A stretch of DNA of 58,668 bases from Bacilli bacterium (GTDB lineage Bacteria > Bacillota_I > Bacilli_A > RF39 > UBA660), in the NCBI GenBank assembly GCA_017397685.1, contig JAFQID010000048.1, forward strand, positions 1 through 58,668, written 5' to 3'. The notes under the pieces were generated by a model that was not told the origin of the DNA, searched no databases, and saw only the letters and a list, made by a program, of their open reading frames with translations. This document shows positions 56,613-58,668 of the stretch, one piece after another. The stretch's first letter is position 1. Each line of letters starts with the position of its first letter. The translations under genes were made by a program, and so were the position numbers.

Positions 56613-57278
56613 CTAGTCATTATTAATTAACTTAACAATATCATCATAATTATTAGCATTAATATTACTTACACTAACCTCATAAATCACATTCAAATCC
56701 TTACCATAAATAATATTATATATCTTACTATAATCAATTATAAACTTACATTTTCTCCTGTCACATAAAACTTCCATGACTTCTTCTTCATCACTATTAA
56801 AATTACCATTATACTTAGAATTATATTCACTAAAATAATCACTAAGTTTATAACTATATTTATTTAAAGAAACCTCATTACTTTTCTTATATACATTACT
56901 AATAAGCTTAATATCATAAAAAACACTATCAAAATACTTATCAAACTCATACTCATCACATAAACTAACATCTTCTTCAGAAATACAATATAAATTACCA
57001 CCATATTTCATATAAGATAAACTTCCATCACTACTAATAACAACATTCTTATCCCTAGAATAACTCATAGAATAACTTTTATCATCTATCTTACTAACAA
57101 TTTCTAAATTATAATTATCATTAAGAGTACTAAGATCGAGAACTTTAATTTCTTCATTTACATCATTAGAATTATTATAAGTACTCCCTCTACCTAATAT
57201 AACAACAATGATAACAATTACAAGAAAAATACCAATAGCCTTAGTCTCATTAAAATCCTCAAAAAACTTCTTTAACAT
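56613..57278 (-). CDS. Hypothetical single-pass membrane protein
   Basis: N-terminal TM; overlaps the fmt stop. Confidence 0.65.
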   Translation of the reverse strand: MLKKFFEDFNETKAIGIFLVIVIIVVILGRGSTYNNSNDVNEEIKVLDLSTLNDNYNLEIVSKIDDKSYSMSYSRDKNVVISSDGSLSYMKYGGNLYCISEEDVSLCDEYEFDKYFDSVFYDIKLISNVYKKSNEVSLNKYSYKLSDYFSEYNSKYNGNFNSDEEEVMEVLCDRRKCKFIIDYSKIYNIIYGKDLNVIYEVSVSNINANNYDDIVKLINND

Positions 57279-58207
57279 AACTTTTTCCCCAAAAGATTCT
57301 CTTTTCTCTTCCCGTTAATATAATCACGGCAGCTCATCTCTTTCTTACCAGCAGGTTTTAAACGAGTAATAACAATAACTCCATCAGCACATCTAACACC
57401 AAAACCATCATCAAAAAATGAAACTATCTTACCAATCTCACCATCATATAACTCTTCACTAATCCTTGCATCACTTACCTTAATAACTTCACCATCAATC
57501 ATAAAATAAGCTCCAGGAAAAGGATACAACCCACGAATCTTATTATATACATTAATCACACTATCATTAAAATCAAGTCTTTCTTCCTCACGTTTAATAT
57601 TATATGCAAAGCTCACAAGAGATTCATCTTGCTTAACTCTACTAGCATTCCCAGAAAAAATATCAGGCAAAATCTCATACAAAAACTCACTTCCAAGAAC
57701 ACTTAACTTATCATGAACAATACCTACATTATCACAAAAATCAATAGAAATCTCACTTTGAGCAATAATATCCCCATCGTCCATACCCGGAGCCATATAC
57801 ATAATAGTAATTCCAGTCTTATCATCACCATTCATAATACATCTATGAATAGGACTACCACCACGATACTTAGGAAGTAAAGATGCATGAACATTAACCG
57901 CACCATATTTAGGATAATCAAGAAGAATCTTCGGAATAATTTGTCCATACGCACAAGTAATAATAATATCAGGATTAGCATCTATAACAGCATTATAATC
58001 CTCACATATCTTATTTGGCTGAAAAACAGGAATACCATTCTTAACCGCAACTTCCTTAACCGCAGAAAACTTAAGTTCCTTCTTTCTACCAACAAAGCTA
58101 TCAGGCTGACTAACAACCAAAACAACATTACACTTTTCGATTAACATCTCAAGTACTGGCACACTAAACTCAGGAGTACCCATAAAAACAACACGTTTAT
58201 CTTTCAT
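57272..58207 (-). CDS. fmt: Methionyl-tRNA formyltransferase
   Basis: VVFMGTPEFS, SQPD, CAYGQI, NVHASLLPKYRGGSPI, MDDGD. Confidence 0.97.
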   Translation of the reverse strand: MKDKRVVFMGTPEFSVPVLEMLIEKCNVVLVVSQPDSFVGRKKELKFSAVKEVAVKNGIPVFQPNKICEDYNAVIDANPDIIITCAYGQIIPKILLDYPKYGAVNVHASLLPKYRGGSPIHRCIMNGDDKTGITIMYMAPGMDDGDIIAQSEISIDFCDNVGIVHDKLSVLGSEFLYEILPDIFSGNASRVKQDESLVSFAYNIKREEERLDFNDSVINVYNKIRGLYPFPGAYFMIDGEVIKVSDARISEELYDGEIGKIVSFFDDGFGVRCADGVIVITRLKPAGKKEMSCRDYINGKRKENLLGKKLC

Positions 58208-58275
58208 CAAATACCTCCAAAACTAACTATAATTATAAATTAAACACAAAAAAAAGTATACTAATTTAAGGAAAA

Positions 58276-58363
58276 ATCGAGATTTTTCAAACGAATAACA
58301 CACCATCAATCGAGATTTTTCAAACGAATATATATATACTCATCGAGATTTTTCAAACGAATA
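58276..58363. repeat. Three perfect 22-bp direct repeats at a 33-bp period
   Basis: ATCGAGATTTTTCAAACGAATA at 58276, 58309 and 58342, separated by 11-bp spacers. Confidence 0.95.
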
Positions 58364-58451
58364 TATATAAACACAAATAAAATTACACTTAAAAAGTTTT
58401 GCAAATGTATTGGCAAATCCTATTTTACATTTTGTATTATAAAAAATAAAA

Positions 58452-58668
58452 TTACATTAAATCCTTAATTTCCTCTATAGATAAACCTGTAATTCTACTT
58501 ATAAAAAAAACATCAACATTTTCATTCAACATATTCCTTGCTATTTCTACTTTACTTTGTTCTATACCTTCTTCAATTCCCTCATCACGTGCAAATAACT
58601 TCTCAGACTCTCTTATAAGTCTATCATCCTCTTCCTTAGTAAGAATATCATTATAAATATTAAGATCA
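58452..58668 (-). CDS. Second Rpn-family protein, C-terminal part only (5' end outside the window)
   Basis: Manual translation DLNIYNDILTKEEDDRLIRESEKLFARDEGIEEGIEQSKVEIARNMLNENVDVFFISRITGLSIEEIKDLM*, clearly homologous to the end of 51777..52628. Confidence 0.85.
   Translation of the reverse strand, partial: DLNIYNDILTKEEDDRLIRESEKLFARDEGIEEGIEQSKVEIARNMLNENVDVFFISRITGLSIEEIKDLM

Noticed and set aside
58276-58374. CRISPR array or 11-aa coding-repeat interpretation of the triple repeat
   Set aside because: Spacers are only 11 bp and two are similar, with no cas genes or leader. Reading frames lack a start with RBS or hit an early stop.

Overview
Very AT-rich bacterial chromosomal segment using genetic code 11 (TGA is used as a stop, e.g. 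5115; Trp is TGG). Almost every gene lies on the minus strand; the exceptions are rnj and three tRNAs. Gene content and style suggest a reduced-genome, host-associated Bacilli lineage, possibly RF39-like (inference, no database search). Housekeeping genes: hisS, trmD, rimM, leuS with a T-box leader, truA, an ECF module, engB, nrnA, ackA, perR-like/rubrerythrin, secE-nusG, rnr-smpB, ftsY-ylxM, rnj, yvcK, cysS, recA, pgsA, gpsB-rnpB, fmt, and tRNA-Ile, -Glu and -Ala. These are interleaved with many secreted or surface proteins (InlB B-repeat, TasA-like, pilin-like, glycine-rich), orphan ORFs and two Rpn-family nuclease genes. No CRISPR array, integrase, IS transposase or prophage was seen. Most striking observations: (1) two tandem paralogous secreted glycine-rich proteins with near-identical N-terminal halves but unrelated Cys-rich inserts (18 and 32 Cys) whose internal repeats are mirror-symmetric, suggesting a length-variable disulfide-laddered hairpin; (2) a LysM-like insertion inside the RNase R catalytic domain; (3) an Rpn gene with a strong internal RBS and ATG, as expected for an intragenic antitoxin; (4) three 22-bp iteron-like repeats at a 33-bp period upstream of fmt; (5) a T-box lacking a clear terminator that controls a membrane-protein ORF overlapping leuS; (6) a HerA ATPase-GH31 operon; (7) degenerate ECF ATPases; (8) a codon/strand-skew transition across the window.
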